In this document: positions 51,169 through 63,289 of the stretch, one piece after another
Numbering within the stretch: the first letter of the stretch is position 1
Layout: each line of letters begins with the position of its first letter
DNA from: Asterias rubens
Lineage: Eukaryota
Assembly (NCBI RefSeq): GCF_902459465.1
Contig: NC_047063.1
Location: forward strand, 24,118,001-24,182,000
Length of the DNA stretch: 64,000 nt
Direction: 5' to 3'
Position numbers and translations under genes: made by a program
Notes under the pieces: model-generated
The model's input: only the letters and a program-made list of their open reading frames with translations
The model's database searches: none
Told to the model about the DNA's origin: nothing

Positions 51169-51704
51169 GCTGGTCATCTCGCCACCTAGCAAGCTCGCCA
51201 CCAACAAAGTCGCCCCCTGCAAAGTCGCCCACTAACCGGCTCGCCCCGAGTTGTTACAAAGTCGCCCCATGACAATGTCGCCCCCAAACAATGTCGCCCC
51301 CCTAGCAAAGTCGCCCCCTGACAATGTCGCCCCCAGCCAATGGCGCCCCCTAGCAAAGTCGCCCCCAGAAAATAATTAAGGGTTAGGGTTAGGGTTAGGG
51401 AATAGGGTTAGGGTTAGATCTTCCACAAGCACATTACTTCAGATGGAGATTTTTCTGAAAATGTTTTAACTATATTTTTTTACCATAACTATTGTAGCCT
51501 TAATTATTTTCCGAACTACATCTGGGGGCGGCTTTGCTAGGGGGCGACATTGGCTGGGGGCGACATTGTCAGGGGGCAACTTTGCTAGGGGGCGACATTG
51601 TTTGGGGGCGATATTGCCAGGGGGCGACTTTGTTTCAACTCGGGGCGAGCCGGGTAGGGGGCGACTTTGTTGGTGGCGAGCCTGCAGGTGGCGAGATGAC
51701 CAGC
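51169..51704. mobile_element. Foldback-type element with GTCGCCCC subrepeats and an internal (TTAGGG)n tract
   Basis: Left arm GCTGGTCATCTCGCCACC...AAAGTCGCCCCC mirrors right arm GGGGGCGACTTTG...GGTGGCGAGATGACCAGC; AGGGTT repeats at 51379-51417. Confidence 0.75.
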
Positions 51705-52819
51705 ATTCCTATGAAGGTAGAAAATAGACTCCATGCTCTACCTGCCCCCGCCCGCCCCTACTCTGTCTAAAATACTATATGGTTTAAAATTATTGTTTGC
51801 ACTAATTTTAACATCTTTATTTTTGCGTATAAAATACGAATTTATTTCATGTTGAATTAAAATGTGGGAAAAGTTTCCGTATGGCGCCACCACTAATTCA
51901 TTCGATATGAATAATATTATAGTATCTAATTTACCTCCTCATCAATCTTGTCAATGAGATATCCCTTTTTGTAAAATTTGTGAAAAAGTGGTGGCGCCAT
52001 ACGGAAATTTATCCAAAAAGTGGACTGCCCGAGGTCACACTATTTATAAAACATGTGGTTTGTCTTATATTGCCTATTTTACTTCCTGTATATCGTATAA
52101 AAACGTTCTTAATCTTACCAAGCGCAGCTGCGATCGGCCGGTTCAAAGCAGCATAATAATTATAGACTTTTTTGTAAACAATGCGTAAACAAAAGTTATA
52201 CGGGGTCCTACTACGCCCTCTGTTGTTGCTCGTTGATGCCGGCCCGGTGTGGGGGGTGCGTGGGTGGCGACGACACTGGTCCCCTGTCTTTATCTTGGTC
52301 CCCTGTGTTCTGCGTCACTGGTACACGGTGTGCATCCTAGCCGGCCGGTTGTGGAAAGGTTTTGGAAGGGTAATTTTCGTGTCTACCTCACTTTTGTAAT
52401 CGATTATATCTTAAAAATGGTGAGTAAAATTGTTAATTGATATAGATTTGAAACGGTGTTGATTTTAAGTGTATAACTAAGATCCTCCATGGATTGAATG
52501 AGCTAATAGCATGATTAGTCTACTAACTATCATCATATTTATAGGCTATCTAATCTAGCCCCACTTGACTTTCTAATTACTTGTGTGGCCAAGGATAGCT
52601 GAATCCTTAGTAGCCACACGTCCACACCATTTCCTCATGCAGCAAAAAATAAAAATTCTGGCGCCTTATCTACGAGCCACCCAGCAATATAAACCGGCAG
52701 AATGTGTTCACCTAACTCTTAGCTTGCTTTGTGTGTAGTTAAAAGTGAAACAAATATAAAAAAATTAAAAAAAATTTAACGATAACTTTGCTACCCCTTT
52801 CGCCGACTCTAATTTGGGT

Positions 52820-52945
52820 AACTTTCCGTATGGCGCCACCACTTTTTCACTCATTTTTACAAAAAGGGATATATCAATGAGGTAAATATTAGATACTATA
52901 TTATTTCATATCGAATGAAAAAGTGGTGGCGCCATGCGGAAACTT
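52820..52945. mobile_element. About 125-bp MITE family D (TIR core TTCCGTATGGCGCCACCACT)
   Basis: TIRs about 24 bp long. Further copies at 5077-5200, 12901-13020 (degenerate right end), 25042-25246 and 51871-52010. Confidence 0.8.
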
Positions 52946-52949
52946 TTCC

Positions 52950-53035
52950 TCTAATTTTATCGTTTCGTACATGGCGCAGCCATCTTGGAATATGCGAATC
53001 AACATGACGTCATTCGCCTGCTGAGCTGTGGGCCG
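52950..53035. promoter_or_regulatory. Probable shared promoter and first-exon region of TRMT10C and TXNL4B
   Basis: Head-to-head gene arrangement. YY1-like GCCATCTTG at about 52979-52987, CRE palindrome TGACGTCA at 53005-53012, and a donor CCG|gtgagg at 53035/53036. Confidence 0.5.
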
Positions 53036-53429
53036 GTGAGGGCGCAAACACAAATCAACGGCTGTTTTATGTAAACTAAGCTTGTGTGCTTTTTCGTGAA
53101 CTACGTAGAACGTGCTACGAATTTCGTTTTTAATAATGTTTGTTCATCTCATTTCTGCTTTTTTTTTTCGTGAGGATATTCATTCAGATTTCAGATCCAT
53201 TTTGGTTTCTTTGGCACCCCCAAGTGATGCCCTCTCGACCAATCAGAGTGGATAAACTGTCGTTGGTATTCATCAATGGTTGATTGATGTATCCTCTCTG
53301 CTCACAGTCCGTCCAATTATTTCACATGAATTAACATTAATATTTCCAACGTGCCTATGATTGGTATATTTTTATTTTTCATTTATTTAGGAAAGGTTGC
53401 CACTCGGGTCAAACTAACTCGTCATTATT

Positions 53430-54767
53430 ATGATAAGCTTAAAGCATTTGAGAACGCCCATGCAAGCCATTCGGAGGGGTCAGGCAAAAATCATCATTCG
53501 TAGCCGTCGAAATGTAAAGCCATCATCAGAATTTTTCCAAATACTCCCAGATTTCATCGAGATCTATGAAGATTCTCACCAAGAAAGGCCCACTCAGAGG
53601 CAAAGACGACAACTGCTTCTGGGGCACTTGTTTCAAGGTTTAAACTTCCACAAGCAATTCAGAAATTGTCAACTTTCTCCACTGAGCAAATGTTTCAGTA
53701 CACATGCACATCAGTTTGAAGAGATCCACCTACAGAATGCAGAGCGCCGAGAACCAAGTTGGGAGTTAACTGAGGTTTCAAGAAATTCTCCTGGACTGTT
53801 TGCAGGCTTCCTTTCTCTGGAGCAAGAGATTCTGAGAAGGTTAAAAAACAATGAGGACTCGGCGAAAACTCATATGCAAAATAATATCAAGAATGTAGCC
53901 TGTGCAATCCAGCTGAGACAGCAGTATAAGAAACCAGTTCCTGAAAGAATTCATCCCATGGATCTGGATTATCTTCTGAGCCTCAAAACGAAATCAAGCA
54001 GAAATAAACAGTTGAGTTTCTTGGCGAGAAAGGAACATTTAAAACACAAACAGGCTGAAGAGAAACTTATAAAACACAATCTCAAAACACTTGAGAAAAA
54101 TTCCTCAGTTGAGACAAGGTTGATGACTGTGAGGAATTGTTTCCTCCGACATGGGGTATCTGTCTCTGAAGCGACTGCTCATCAGTGGAACCTGGTCAGG
54201 GGTTTGATGTTCGGTCAGCCCATCATGTTTGATCTGAGCTACGAGGGCTTCATGGATCGCCGCGAGGTTGTCAACACTATCATGCAGCTCGGCCTCATTG
54301 TCAAAATCAACAAAACACTGCCAGATCCTTTTCACATCCACTTTGCAAACATACCGCAGGATGGCTTGATTGAGAAGGAGTTTAAGCGAGTCTACGGTGA
54401 CCAGGTCGACAGTTTGATGGTCAGCATTTCAAATAAAAGTCCTCAGCGTCTATTCGGGGATGAAGATCTCGTCTATCTCTCAGCCAACTCGCCAAATATA
54501 CTCACAGAGTATGACTCGAGCAAAGTGTACATCATTGGTGGGTTTGTCGACAGGAGAGTGAAAAGTAACATTTCTCTCGGCAAAGCTGAAGAGAGTGGCA
54601 TCCCTCATGCTAGACTTCCATTGGACGAGCACCTTATATGGCACAAGAGCACAAAGAACTTAACATTGGACCAGATGATGTGTATCTTGAGTGAGCTCAA
54701 GTTGTCTGGTAACTGGCACAGTGCCTTGAAGCATGTACCTCAGAGAAAGCATCTTGGCAGTAGATGA
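53430..54767 (+). CDS. TRMT10C: Mitochondrial tRNA m1R9 methyltransferase / RNase P subunit MRPP1, single coding exon, 445 aa
   Basis: Uninterrupted ORF with a basic N-terminus resembling a mitochondrial presequence and a Trm10-type SPOUT domain (QPIMFDLSY, DPFHIHFAN, VYLSANSPN, VYIIGGFVDR, ARLPLDEHL, KNLTLDQMMCIL). Putative 5' UTR intron 53036-53390. Confidence 0.92.
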   Translation: MISLKHLRTPMQAIRRGQAKIIIRSRRNVKPSSEFFQILPDFIEIYEDSHQERPTQRQRRQLLLGHLFQGLNFHKQFRNCQLSPLSKCFSTHAHQFEEIHLQNAERREPSWELTEVSRNSPGLFAGFLSLEQEILRRLKNNEDSAKTHMQNNIKNVACAIQLRQQYKKPVPERIHPMDLDYLLSLKTKSSRNKQLSFLARKEHLKHKQAEEKLIKHNLKTLEKNSSVETRLMTVRNCFLRHGVSVSEATAHQWNLVRGLMFGQPIMFDLSYEGFMDRREVVNTIMQLGLIVKINKTLPDPFHIHFANIPQDGLIEKEFKRVYGDQVDSLMVSISNKSPQRLFGDEDLVYLSANSPNILTEYDSSKVYIIGGFVDRRVKSNISLGKAEESGIPHARLPLDEHLIWHKSTKNLTLDQMMCILSELKLSGNWHSALKHVPQRKHLGSR

Positions 54768-56667
54768 GTAGAGTCTACAAAAAATCTTCTTTTTCAAACT
54801 TGATTCAACTTTTTGACATACATGTACTTAAAATATTGATTTCTAAGTCATTTTGCTGGATTTCAAATATAGATTTTAGATGTAATAATCACGCAAAGTA
54901 TTACATGTATGTGTATTCTACATAATATAGTACTTGTGGGTGTTTAAAGGCAGAATATATCTTTGGTTTTTGGTACTTTGGGAGTTATTTAATCCTATAA
55001 ATGAGTATAAAATTAAAATAACCTGTGTAAATTTCATTTCAAAAGATGGTCAGGTTTTGAAATAATCACCAAATAATATACAGGGCAAATATTTCCTTGC
55101 GGGAAGTATTATCCCTATTATGGGAATATTACACAATCTGATACAAACTTTGAGGGATAAAAACTGACATCTTTTTACAAACCAAAGTGAAGAAATGTTC
55201 CTCAAAATGTTATTACGTTTATACTTGTACTATCAAAAGCTGCTGTAGGCTTCTTGCCAAAAGTTGTTACCGCCATTAATTTTTAGAGTGGTTACCAAAG
55301 TTTACTTCCCTTTTGAGTTTATGAGTTTGTTTTGTATAATTAAATAGTATAATGCAATGATGTCATGAATTTAATTTACTTGGCATTTATGTTTAAATAG
55401 CTGGTTTGGTTGGTTATTGTCAAAGACAAGTACATGTACATGTATTCTCACTTGGTGTATCCCAACATAAAATAACAAATCTGTGACAATTTGGACTCAA
55501 TTGGACATTTAAGTTGCAAGAGAATAACGAATGAAAATATTCCCTTGTTGCACAAGTTTGTGTGCTTTGATATGCCTATAAAAGAGCTCAGGCCTGAAGT
55601 GTTTTAACATTTTTGAGTGAGAAATTACCTCTTTCTCAAAAACTACATCTACATTACTTCAGAGTGAATGTTTTATACAAACAACAGCTTTCATAGCTCA
55701 TTTTTACCAAATAAGTTTTTTTCTAATAATTATTTTGAGGGAGTTACCAATAGTGACTTCACAAAGAGTTAGGACTATAGTCCTAACTTAGGACCAGTTC
55801 TTTAGTGATATTACAAACTTAAGGCCAGTCCTAAGTTAGGACGAGTAACCTGTCCTAACTCGAGATGAGACTGGTCCCAACTCTTTGTGAAATCCACCCC
55901 AGTGCCTTTTTAAACACTGCTTTCAAATCTCTCCAAAATAAGGCTGTTTGGAATTATCATTTTTTAAGAGTTATTCATGCACAAAACCATATACAGTGTG
56001 TTGTAATAATGAGTAGTGGTTTAAAAAACATAAACTTGCCTCTGGAAATACAACCATGGGAACATAAATGTAATTGTCTGCCATTTTGTGAAGTTTAAAA
56101 TTTTGTTCTACAAAACAGCAGACCTTGTTCCGTGTATATTGTGATATTCTACATTTAAATACATTGTTCCAACCTTATACATCTCATAACAAATGCTATT
56201 TAATAGCTCAAAGCGCCCAATCCAAACGCAATGTAAAGCATTCAACCTAAAGGCAACTATTTTTTTGTTGATTGTATTTACAGATTTTCTTTGAGGTTTC
56301 ATTTCTTTGAATTGAGAAAAAAAAACTATTGAGGTGTGTCACCTGATGTCCTTGGAAGCATTCCATGTTGGAAGTATGCCAACGAGAAGCTTTCATAACA
56401 GTTATGTGAAAGGTTTATCAAGCTTTTAAAATATTGTGTGACTGTCATCCCGGGGCCGATCTTTGACGCTTTCAATAGGGCCCCTATAAGCTTTTGTGAG
56501 ATATTTTTGGTGACACTTTACTGTGACACTTTCAGGTGTGGGTAAATTTGACTATTATACATCCAAACTAAACGGTGTTCTCCTGTGGTGTTTACCATAT
56601 CTCAAAAAAGGCTAAGGCTGGTCTGAATTTACGGCTATGGCTAGGCTAGATTTCTATGCATCATGTG

Positions 56668-57051
56668 TTAAAGGAACACGTTGCCTTGGATCGGTTGAGT
56701 TGATCTTTGAAACGCAATTGTAACTGTTTGTTATAAAATGCATATGGGTAGAAATATGTTCTAAAAGTAGAATACAATGATCCACACAAACATGCGTCGA
56801 CTAACACGGTCGGCCATTTATGGGAGTCAAATTGTTGACGGTCGGCCATTTATGGGAGTCAAATTGTTGACTCCCATAAATGGCCGACCGTGTTAGTTCG
56901 CAAAGTAAAAGGAAAACCACGCAATTTCGAGGCACATTTTGTGTGGATAATTGCGTTCTACTTTTAAAACATATTTCCAACCATTATGCATTACATAAAT
57001 AAAACGCTTTATAGACCAACTTGTCCGATCCAAAGCATAGTGTTCCTTTAA
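56668..57051. mobile_element. TTAA-flanked MITE family C with internal duplication and hairpin
   Basis: TTAA-AGGAACACGTTGCCTTGGATCGG ... CCGATCCAAAGCATAGTGTTCCT-TTAA. Internal ACGGTCGGCCATTTATGGGAGTCAA occurs twice, followed by its inverse. Confidence 0.75.
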
Positions 57052-58149
57052 GGTATAGGACGCCCCTTAGCAACACCCTTAGCAGTAGCCGTACCTTACG
57101 GTACCTATTCGAATGGTAACTACCTGTATATTGTAGTTGGGTGTGATCTGTGAGGAGTACATACGGTTTCCCAGTGATTCCATACATCATACATGGTTTA
57201 ATTGTCCGCAGTGACATGTGAGGCTACGCATCAACAGTTGTTTTTGTATATTATTACAAAGTAAATAATTATATTTTTATACTTAAAAAATTATCATAAT
57301 AGTGGTATGAAATAAATGTCTATTGAAACAACAACTATTTGTGTAATATTTCCTTGCTTTCAACTCTCAGCCATTTTTTTGTTTTTTTTATGTGTACTTA
57401 TGTTTCTAATTTGAATAAACATAAAACAAAAGGTCATAACGAATACATTTCAATTTAATAGCCTTCGAAACGTCAGGAAATAAAACTATTTTTCATTTGG
57501 TACAACGGTCCATTGGGTTGACAAGTTGTTTGCAACAACTAAATCTAATTTCTCACATTTGTAATTTTATTTCATTCTTAACACTCAAATATTGGAGCTG
57601 TACGTGTACATGAAATCACCGGTTCTGAAAATCAAGTGCCTGTCTTTTTCGCATAATACAGGGGACATGGTCTATTAAACAAACAACGAGAAAAACGCCT
57701 TTTCATGGGACGAATGGCAGAGGGCGCACTAACAAAAGACGCTCCATGCCATAGTCACCTGGAATTGGTATTTTTGTCAAAATAAAGCTTTTGTCACTAA
57801 AAAATGTCTTTTGAGTGGAATACGAATAAACAAATAACTAAGGTTTAAAAAAAATTAGTTTCCATTTTATTTACAAATTTGAAAATAAGCCCGACCCGAT
57901 AGGGCGCTGTTCGTGACGTCAATCGAGGGGCGATGAATCGCATGCAGTGCCAACGCAAGATCGTAGATGTTAGTTTCCAAACGCCAGGAGTCGATCGTTA
58001 CACGTGAAAAGGATCCGAAATAACCACACTGGTAAGAACGCTTTTAGACTTGACCAAGTCCGTCCAGAATTTGTCTTGTTGCGAGTCGATCGGACCCACT
58101 GCAGGGGTACATACGTATCACTCTCCACGTTGCAAAACTTCTCAACACG

Positions 58150-61100
58150 AACGTACGTTATCATTCAAGTTAAGGCCAATCAAAGACTGGTCTATTCCCT
58201 TTCAGTACACAAGAGATTCATCTAGTTCTGCTGATTTTATTATATTTTTATGAAGCTGTCTGGTATTTATTTCAGATTTTTAAATATTTAAGACCGAGAG
58301 TCCCCCTAAAATTGCTTCATATACTGTGACAAGTCACTGTGCCGTGCGTACAGTTTAAGATTTCATTTTATCATAATTTGATAAAGCTCCATTGTATTTA
58401 TTTTAGATTATTGAAAATTAAAGAGCACGCGAGTCCGTTTGCAGCATAGGCTACTGTGCGTGTGTAAACAACGTACACCGCTGTGTGCACAGTTTACGAT
58501 TTCATCAACGCCACGGGTCGATTTGTAAAACGGTTTATCAATACGATATTATTCAAATTAGACCAATCAAAGACTGGCATTACCTAAACAAAGCATTCAT
58601 GTAGCATTACTGATTTTATCATAATTCTAAAAAGCTCCGCTATATTTATTTCAGATTTTTGAAAATTACACACGACGAGTCCCTTTGCAGCATACTTTGC
58701 GTGTGTATACAACACCGCTGTGCGCACAGTTTAAGATTTCATCAACGCCACGGGTCGATTTGTAAAACAGTTTATCAACACGTTATCATTCAAACGAAGC
58801 CAATCAAAGACTGTCATTACCTAAACAAAGCATTCATGTAGCATTACTGATTTTATCATAATTTTATAAAGCTCCGTTATATTGATTTCAGATTTCTGAA
58901 AATTACACACCACGAGTCTCTTTGCAGCACACTGTGCGCGTGTACTACACTGCTGTGCGCACAGTTTAAGATTTCATCAACGCCACGGGTCGATTTGTAA
59001 AACGGTTTATCAATACGTTATCATTCGAACGAAGCCAATCAAAGACTGTCATTACCTAAACAAAGCATTCATGTAGCATTACTGAATTTATCATAATTTT
59101 ATAAAGCTCCGTTATATTTATTTCAGATTTCTGAAAATTACACACTACGAGTCCCTTTGCAGCATACTGTGCGCATGTACTACACTGCTGTGCGCACAGT
59201 TTTAAATTTCATCAACGCCACGGGTCGATTTGTAAAACAGTTTATCAACATGTTATCATTTAAACGAAGCCAATCCAAGACGGTCATTACCTAAACAAAG
59301 CATTCATGTAGCATTACTGATTTTATCATAATTTTATAAAGCTCCGTTATATTGATTTCAGATTTTTGAAAATTACTCACCACGAGTCCCTTTGCAGCAT
59401 AGTTTGCATGTGTACATCGCTGCTGTGCGTACAGTTAACGATTTCATCAACGCCACGGGTCGGTTTGTAAAACGGTTTATCAATACGTTTTTATTCAAAC
59501 AAAGCCAATCAATGACTGTCATTACCTAAACAAAGCATTCATGTAGCATTACTGTTTTTATCATAATTTTATAAAGCTCCGTTATATTTATTTCAGAGTT
59601 TTGAAAATTACACACGACGAGTCCCTTTGCAGCATACTGTGCGCGTGTACTACACTGCTGTGCGCACAGTTTAAGATTTCATCAACGCCACGGGTCGATT
59701 TGTAAAACAGTTTATCAATACGGTATCATTCAAATTATGCAAAACAAAGACTGGCATTAACCAAACAAAGGATTCATGTAGCATTACTGATTTTATCATA
59801 ATTTTATGCAGCTCCGTCATATTTATTTCCGATTTTTGAAAATTACACACCACGAGTCCCTTTGCAGCATACTGTGCGCGTGTACTACACTAACACTGCT
59901 ATGCGTACAGTTAACGATTTCATCAACGCCACGGGTCGATATGTAAATCGGTTTATCAATACGGTATCATTCAAATTAGACAATCAAAGACTGGCATTAC
60001 CTAAACAAAGCATTAATGTAGCATTACTGATTTTATCATAATTTTATAATGCTCCATTATATTTGTTTCAGTTTTTCGAAAATTACACACCACGAGTCCC
60101 TTTGCAGCATACTTTATGGTGTACATCACTGCTGTGCGTCAATTTACAATTTCATCAACGCCACGGGTCGATATGTAAATCGGTTTATCAATACGTTATC
60201 ATTCAAACGAAGCCAATCAAAGACTGCCAGTACCTAAACAAAACATTCATGTAGCATTACTGATTTTATTATAATTTTATAAAGCTCCGTTATAGATATT
60301 TCGGATTTCTGAAAATTACACACTACGAGTCCCTTTGCAGCATACTGTGCGTGTGTACTACACTGCTGTGCGCACAGTTTTAAATTTCATCAACGCCACG
60401 GGTCGATTTGTAAAACAGTTTATCAACATGTTATCATTTAAACGAAGCCAATCCAAGACTGTCATTACCTATACAAAGCATTCATATAGCATTACTGATT
60501 TTATCATAATTTTATAAAGCTCCGTTATATTTATTTTAGATTTTTGAAAATTACGCACCACGAGTCCCTTTGCAGCATACTTTGTACGTGTACTACACTG
60601 CTGTGTGCACAGTTTAATATTTCATCAACGCCACGGGTCGATTTGTAAAAAAACAGTTTATCAACACGTTATTGTACAAACGAAGCCAATCAAAGACTGC
60701 CAGTACTCAAACAAAGCATTTATGTAGCATTACTGATTTTATCATAATTTTATAAAGCTCCGTTATGTTCATTTCAGAGTTTTGAAAATTACACACGACG
60801 AGTCCCTTTGCAGCATACTTTGTACGTGTACTACACTGCTGTGCGTACAGTTTAAGATTTCATCAACGCCACGGGTCGATTTGTAAAACAGTTTATAAAC
60901 ACGTTATCATTCAAACGAAGCCAATCAAAGACTGTCATTACCTAAACAAAGCATTCATGTAGCATTACTGATTTTATCATAATTTTATAAAGCTCCGTTA
61001 TATTTATTTCAGATTTTTGAAAATTACACACCACGAGTCCCTTTGCAGCATACTTTGTACGTGTACTACACTGCTGTGCGTACAGTTTAAGATTTCATCA

Positions 61101-61575
61101 ACGCCACGGGTCGATTTATAAAACAGTTTATCAACATGTTATTGTTCAAACGAAGCCAATCCAAGACTGCCAGTACTCAAACAAAGCATTCATGTAGCAT
61201 TACTGATTTAATCATAATTTTATTAAGCTCTGTTATATTTATTTCAGATTTTTGAAAATTACACACCACGAGTCCCTTTGCAGCATACTTTGTACGTGTA
61301 CTACACTGCTGTGCGCACAGTTTAAGATTTCATCAACGCCACGGGCCGATTTGAAAAATCGATTTATCAACACAGTACTTTTCAAACGAAGCCAATCAAA
61401 TACTTTCATTCCCTTAACAAAGTATTCATGTAGCATTACTGATTTTATCATGTTTTTGTAAAGCTTCATTATATTTATGTCAGATTTTTGAAAATTAAAG
61501 ACCACGAGTCCCTTTGCAGCGTATTGTGCGTGTGTACAACACTGCTGTGCGCACAGTTTAAGATTTCACCAACGA
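58150..61575 (+). repeat. 235-bp satellite array, about 14 units
   Basis: The anchor CATCAACGCCACGGG starts at 58503, 58740, 58975, 59210, 59445, 59680, 59921, 60153, 60388, 60623, 60861, 61096 and 61331; both edges are degenerate. Confidence 0.95.
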
Positions 61576-63289
61576 TTTGTGGAACAGTTTATCGAAAGGA
61601 CCCGCCCTTTGATGGTCGTTCGCTGATCGTCCTACAACTTACACGAATGTAGAAAACGATTGCTGGTGATGGACTGGAAGCAATGGTTTGCATGTATTCA
61701 ATTCCAAATAATATGAAACAAACAACTTAACTTATATCTAAACTGAAGACACGCCGTTTTGTTTCTCTTGTGAATGGGAGTAAGACAACATTTATTGAAT
61801 TTAGCAAAACGAGTATAATGAAGTTTAAGAACAATCTGTTAATATAAAACAATAAAAGCAGTGAAAAGAGTTAACAACTGTTTTAAGCATTTGCAAGTTT
61901 CGACGAGTAACAAATATAATGGCAAGTTAATCCATTAATTTTGTTATGTGCATGGTGTTTATACTCGTAAAGTTCACCACTCAAAAACTTAACAATTCAT
62001 CCATTAGAGATAGCATTCAAGTTCGCTGGAGTTTCTTGAAGGGTGTGTCTTTTCATTTAAACTCATTTTTGGCCAGTCATTTTTTGGATTGTGCAATGTA
62101 AAACATAACACTTGGTTAAAAAGTTGCTTCCTTTATTATTTAGGTTTTTTGGTCAAATGTTGCAAATGAGCAGTCAATTTTATTTTCATGCGTTCGAATT
62201 CAAGCTGTTTTGCCTCTCCAGTTGTTACTGCGTTTCAAATTCAAAATTCGGCCATTCAATTTTGTTTTGAGTCGAGTCAAATTCCTGTAGCACTCTGTTC
62301 AATGTAGCGTACCGTCATTCTTGTTCGTGACACAACCACCTCAAGAAGCGTCTGCGAATTTGAATGCTGCTTTGATGAATTTTAAATTGAATGATTATTT
62401 TGTTAAATCGAATGCAACATTACCATTAGGCCAAAAATTACAGTTGAACAACATTTGCCAAGATACCTGTCGCACAATTTTTTTTTTTTAGGTAAGTCTT
62501 GGTCATTTTCCATTACATACACCTCCCCCCCCCCACCAACCCCCAAAATAAATACAAAATGAATGAATAAATATAGGATGGATTCTCCATTTCAAAAGGT
62601 TGCGCTCGATCTAAAATTGAATGCAGTACCTACCGTACCTACCAGTACTCGGAAAATGAGTAAATGACGCTGTCAAATTTGCTGCATTGTCTCCACGGTT
62701 ATTATTAGACCGTGGGATTCATCATCAAAAAGGGCGCTAGTTTTCGAGTTATCTGCAACTACCTAAACTTTTCCCCCAGATTTACTTATGGTAGACTTTC
62801 ATAAAATGTTAAAGTTGTCAAGGGTAAAACTTGCACAGTAATGAGTTGTTTTAGTTAGAAATTAATTACAAGAAAAAAGCGCCCTCTGTGGTCGAAACTG
62901 GAGAACGGTGCTCAAACTGTATGGGCAAATCAATACGGCACAAACGAATTGGGAAGTTACCGGATAATTTATTTTAGTGTCCTTTACAGGTTAACAGCTT
63001 TTTTCGCCAGATCTCAATTTAATTATTATAATTTACGAAAATATTAAAAGGTTTGTTATTCTGTACACCATTAATTTCCCCCAAAGTGTTTTTCAATTGT
63101 TTGAATTACTGTCACCCACAAACAGGCTTTAATTAAATCTAAATTAAATAGTAATTTGAAAGGAAATAGAAGGATATTGTATATACAAGAGATACACATT
63201 TTTATTTTCTCACCATTTTTTGGTGTATTTCTTTCTTCTCTTCAGATGCCACATTTGTGGTATAAAAATCATAAATAAATCTGACGGAG

